A stretch of DNA of 64,000 bases from Bacteroidales bacterium (GTDB lineage: Bacteria; Bacteroidota; Bacteroidia; Bacteroidales; VadinHA17). Of this stretch, positions 61,024-64,000 are shown piece by piece. Position 1 is the first letter of the stretch. Each line of letters opens with the position of its first letter. A program made the position numbers and the translations under genes. The stretch lies in the NCBI GenBank assembly GCA_003141525.1, contig PLML01000193.1:719-64718 (forward strand), given 5' to 3'. Under the pieces are notes generated by a model that saw only the letters and a program-made list of their open reading frames with translations, did not search any database and was not told the origin of the DNA.

Positions 61024-64000
61024 TTATAATCTCATTCTTACTCCAAAGCTAAAGGATCTAGTTACATCAAACCCTAAATCTGTATATAGAGAAGGAGGAG
61101 ATTCAGGGTCAATATAGTACTTGTTAAGAGGAGAAATTGTAAATACATTTGTGCAACTAAAATATAATGTGAACTCTTGTATTGTTTTAAGATTCTTAAG
61201 CAAGATTCTCTTAAAATCATACCCAATATTTAAACTTTTTAAGCGTAAATAAGCGCCATTCACAATATACTTTGTAGAAGTTATACCATTATCACTTACA
61301 ACTGTGGAGAGAATTGGCCACATTGCGTTAGGATTAGTCGGCGTCCAACAATTTTGTGTTCCCTGGATATCGTAAGTTCTTTGCCCACTTATAGAAGCAT
61401 ACCATACATACCCTAGATAAAGCTGACGATTTGCAGCTCCCTGAAAGAGCCCATCAAGCGAAAATCCTTTATAACTGAAATCAAAGTTCAGTCCGTACGT
61501 TGTATGAGGGAAGCTAGATGTTCCAATTCTTTCTTTATCACGAGAATCAACTTTCCCATCTCCGTTTATATCCTGGTAATAAGTCTGACCTGGTATGTAT
61601 TTTGTAAGACCTATCAAGCGAGGATTATTATAAATATCATTCATTGATTGATAATAGCCTAAGGCTTGATAGCCTACAGTATAATAATCGGTTTGTTGGG
61701 TCAACCTTGTGAAGGGATTTTCTAAAGTAGCTTCGGATTCACTAGCTAGTCTCTCCCACAATTGGTTATAGAAAGCAATATTACCTCCAATGGTAATATT
61801 TATTCCGGCAACTTGAGTTTTATAGTTTAGCGAAAATTCAGCTCCACCCCTACGTTGAGCAGAATTGGACAAAATTTGCGGCAAAGCCGTCCCTAGAGGA
61901 GTGGAATATATACCTGTCGGACTGGTAAGAAAATTAGTTGTTCTATAATAAAACCAATCCGCAGTACCGGATAATTTACCATTAAAAATGGTAAAATCAA
62001 TACCACCATCTAATGAGGTTCTTTTATACCAAGTGAAATCAGGACTTACTAATGGCCCTTCTGAAAAACTAGGAGACCAGCTTCCACCAGAATAATAATA
62101 ATCATTATTATAATTATAGACAGGTATATAACCAAACCTGTTGGCACCGGTAATTAATCCTGTTACTCCCCAGGATGCCCTCACTTTAAAAGATTTCATG
62201 CCTAACAAGTTATTGATACTTTGCATAAAAGACTCATCTGCTATATTCCAGCCTGCTGAGATAGATGGGAAAAATCCCCATCTTTTGTTTGGTGCGAAAT
62301 TATCACTTCCATCATATCTGCCGCTAAATTCAAGCAGATATTTTGACTTATAGTCATAACTTACTCGTCCAACCCAAGCCCGATTTGCTTCTTCGAATTC
62401 ACTACCGAAATTCGACTGACCAGTTGTAGAACCAGCAAAAATCTCATCAACCGAACTGGAAATGAAGCCTCTTCTATACGCGGCAGTAGTGTCCTTAATT
62501 TGATTATATTGAGTATAAACACCTGTAAAAGAAATAGTGTGGCCACCAAATGTTCTGCTATAATTTATATGTGTTTCAAGATCAAGTTTACTTCTATTTG
62601 TTAAACTTTGAGTTAAATTAGGACTTCCCCATCCACCTGCTGGAATTGAATTATCCCAATTATAAAAGGGTGCACAACCGTTAGCATTTACGTTCCACTT
62701 TTTAAAATCATCGTTTTCATACAAATAATTTCCAAAAGTACTAATCCTCAATCCTTTAACCCAAGGAAGTTCCCATAATAAAGATATCCTGTTATTTATC
62801 CAATTCCGCTTATCGTGTTGGTATCCGGCCAGATCACTCGCAGCAGCTAATGGATCTCCATATTGATAAAAATTGCCCGCTGGATTATATAAAGGTACAC
62901 CGATTCCAGTTCGCGTCCAACTATAAACTGCCCAGGAACCAGGAGCCGGATATATTGCATTAAATTGCGACCAATCTGATTCCCCGCTTACCGTTAGTCC
63001 AATGTTTTCTAGTTTATGAGATACACTGGCCCTGATAGAATACCTGTCAGTACCTTGTTTTGTGCTACCATTAAATAGTCCATCCTGCGTATCGTAATTA
63101 AGCGATAAATATAATGTCGTATTCCCTGATGCACCGCTTAATGTTAAGTTTTGTTTTGTAAGTGGTGCAAACTTTTTAACAACCGCATTATAGTAATTGG
63201 TATTTAAATATTGCGGATTAGTTTGATCTTTATATGTTTGAAGCATTTGATCTGAAAAAGTATGAGCTATTCCATCAACATCATCTGCTGTATTCATAAG
63301 AACCGCCTGTTGATATAGATTGAGAAAACTGGGACTTATAATTCGTGTTTGAAAAGAAACATTAGCACTGTAATTAACAGAAAGCTTTTCACCGGTTCCT
63401 TTTTTGGTTGTAACCAGAACAATCCCATCACCAGCTTGTGAACCATATACTGCAGTAGAAGATGCGTCTTTTAAAATTGAAATATTATCAATATCCTCAG
63501 GTACTATCATTGAAAACATCTCTTTGGTGGCTTTTATACCATCAATAATATATAAAGGTTCTCCACCTCCACGTATAGAAATTCGGTCTAATCCTCCATC
63601 TGAAGCAGAAGGGTTATGTTCCATAAAAACACCTGATGACCTTCCAGCCAAAGCATCAACGATGGTTTCATAAGGAACTCCTTCAATTTTATCAGTCTTT
63701 ATTTGTGAAACAGAGCTTACTAGTTTCGCTTGGGATGAAGTACCGTAACCTATAACTACTACCTCGCCAAGACCAATTGTCGACTCGGTCATTGTTACGT
63801 TAATCTGGGTTAATGTTCCTATACTTATTTCCTGGGTTTCCATCCCCACTAATGAGAATTTCAGGCTTTTTGATCCTTGAGGAATGTTAATACTGTATTT
63901 ACCAGTTGCATCAGTTACTATTCCGAGAGTTGTTCCAGTAACAAGAACGGTTACACCAGCAAGAGGCGTGCCATTTTTGTCGGAAACGACACCTGTTATT
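61024..64000 (-). CDS. SusC/RagA-family TonB-dependent outer-membrane transporter (N-terminus outside the window)
   Basis: The frame stays open upstream of the track's GTG start at 63849, through to base 64000. That stretch translates to '...VTVLVTGTTLGIVTDATGKYSINIPQGSKSLKFSLVGMETQEISIG', a carboxypeptidase-regulatory-like domain. It is followed by a plug ('RISIRGGGEPLYIIDGI') and a long beta-barrel. Confidence 0.9.
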   Translation of the reverse strand, partial: ITGVVSDKNGTPLAGVTVLVTGTTLGIVTDATGKYSINIPQGSKSLKFSLVGMETQEISIGTLTQINVTMTESTIGLGEVVVIGYGTSSQAKLVSSVSQIKTDKIEGVPYETIVDALAGRSSGVFMEHNPSASDGGLDRISIRGGGEPLYIIDGIKATKEMFSMIVPEDIDNISILKDASSTAVYGSQAGDGIVLVTTKKGTGEKLSVNYSANVSFQTRIISPSFLNLYQQAVLMNTADDVDGIAHTFSDQMLQTYKDQTNPQYLNTNYYNAVVKKFAPLTKQNLTLSGASGNTTLYLSLNYDTQDGLFNGSTKQGTDRYSIRASVSHKLENIGLTVSGESDWSQFNAIYPAPGSWAVYSWTRTGIGVPLYNPAGNFYQYGDPLAAASDLAGYQHDKRNWINNRISLLWELPWVKGLRISTFGNYLYENDDFKKWNVNANGCAPFYNWDNSIPAGGWGSPNLTQSLTNRSKLDLETHINYSRTFGGHTISFTGVYTQYNQIKDTTAAYRRGFISSSVDEIFAGSTTGQSNFGSEFEEANRAWVGRVSYDYKSKYLLEFSGRYDGSDNFAPNKRWGFFPSISAGWNIADESFMQSINNLLGMKSFKVRASWGVTGLITGANRFGYIPVYNYNNDYYYSGGSWSPSFSEGPLVSPDFTWYKRTSLDGGIDFTIFNGKLSGTADWFYYRTTNFLTSPTGIYSTPLGTALPQILSNSAQRRGGAEFSLNYKTQVAGINITIGGNIAFYNQLWERLASESEATLENPFTRLTQQTDYYTVGYQALGYYQSMNDIYNNPRLIGLTKYIPGQTYYQDINGDGKVDSRDKERIGTSSFPHTTYGLNFDFSYKGFSLDGLFQGAANRQLYLGYVWYASISGQRTYDIQGTQNCWTPTNPNAMWPILSTVVSDNGITSTKYIVNGAYLRLKSLNIGYDFKRILLKNLKTIQEFTLYFSCTNVFTISPLNKYYIDPESPPSLYTDLGFDVTRSFSFGVRMRL

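Noticed and set aside
1-64000. Looked for CRISPR arrays, tRNA/rRNA genes, IS elements, integrases, toxin-antitoxin or known defence-system genes
   Set aside because: No regularly spaced direct repeats were seen and no tRNA-like T-arm sequences occur in the intergenic regions. No transposase, recombinase or nuclease-type ORFs were seen. Every long ORF is accounted for by metabolic, transport or glycan-degradation functions.

Overview
Low-GC Bacteroidota-type DNA, judged from a SusC/SusD pair, TAnnTTTG-type promoter boxes and many lipoprotein or SPI signal peptides. No rRNA, tRNA, CRISPR array, transposase or integrase was seen. The window has two parts. (1) 1-7.7 kb is a small cytoplasmic catabolic island. 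It holds a partial RhaT-like sugar/H+ symporter, an M24 hydrolase and an SDR on the + strand, a GntR/FCD regulator on the - strand, and a VOC, fused E1 alpha-beta TPP enzyme and aldehyde dehydrogenase operon on the + strand. The divergent promoter region carries a perfect 16-bp inverted repeat that is a likely GntR operator. (2) 7.98-64 kb is one very large polysaccharide utilization locus of 25 consecutive minus-strand genes (about 56 kb). In transcription order it encodes SusC (partial), SusD, a small lipoprotein, GH29, a ceramidase-like hydrolase, a GH20b-like enzyme, family X, DUF5107/TPR, family D, a URO-D-like protein, an MFS sugar transporter, GH2, X, GH2, GH31, GH2, GH2, X, a VCBS/FG-GAP protein, D, D, a Tat-exported (alpha/alpha)6-like protein, D, and a second (alpha/alpha)6-like protein. 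The most interesting content is that more than half of the exported enzymes cannot be placed in a characterised family from sequence alone. These are a 4-member ~1000-aa family 'D', a 3-member ~720-aa family 'X' and a 2-member ~450-aa family. No endo-glycanase, lyase, sulfatase or regulator is recognisable in the locus. Other observations: three adjacent unrelated enzymes share a homologous ~45-aa N-terminal leader; GC content differs strongly between paralogs; and a cytoplasmic URO-D-like gene is coupled to the only transporter in the locus. All functional calls come from motif recognition by eye. No database search was run.
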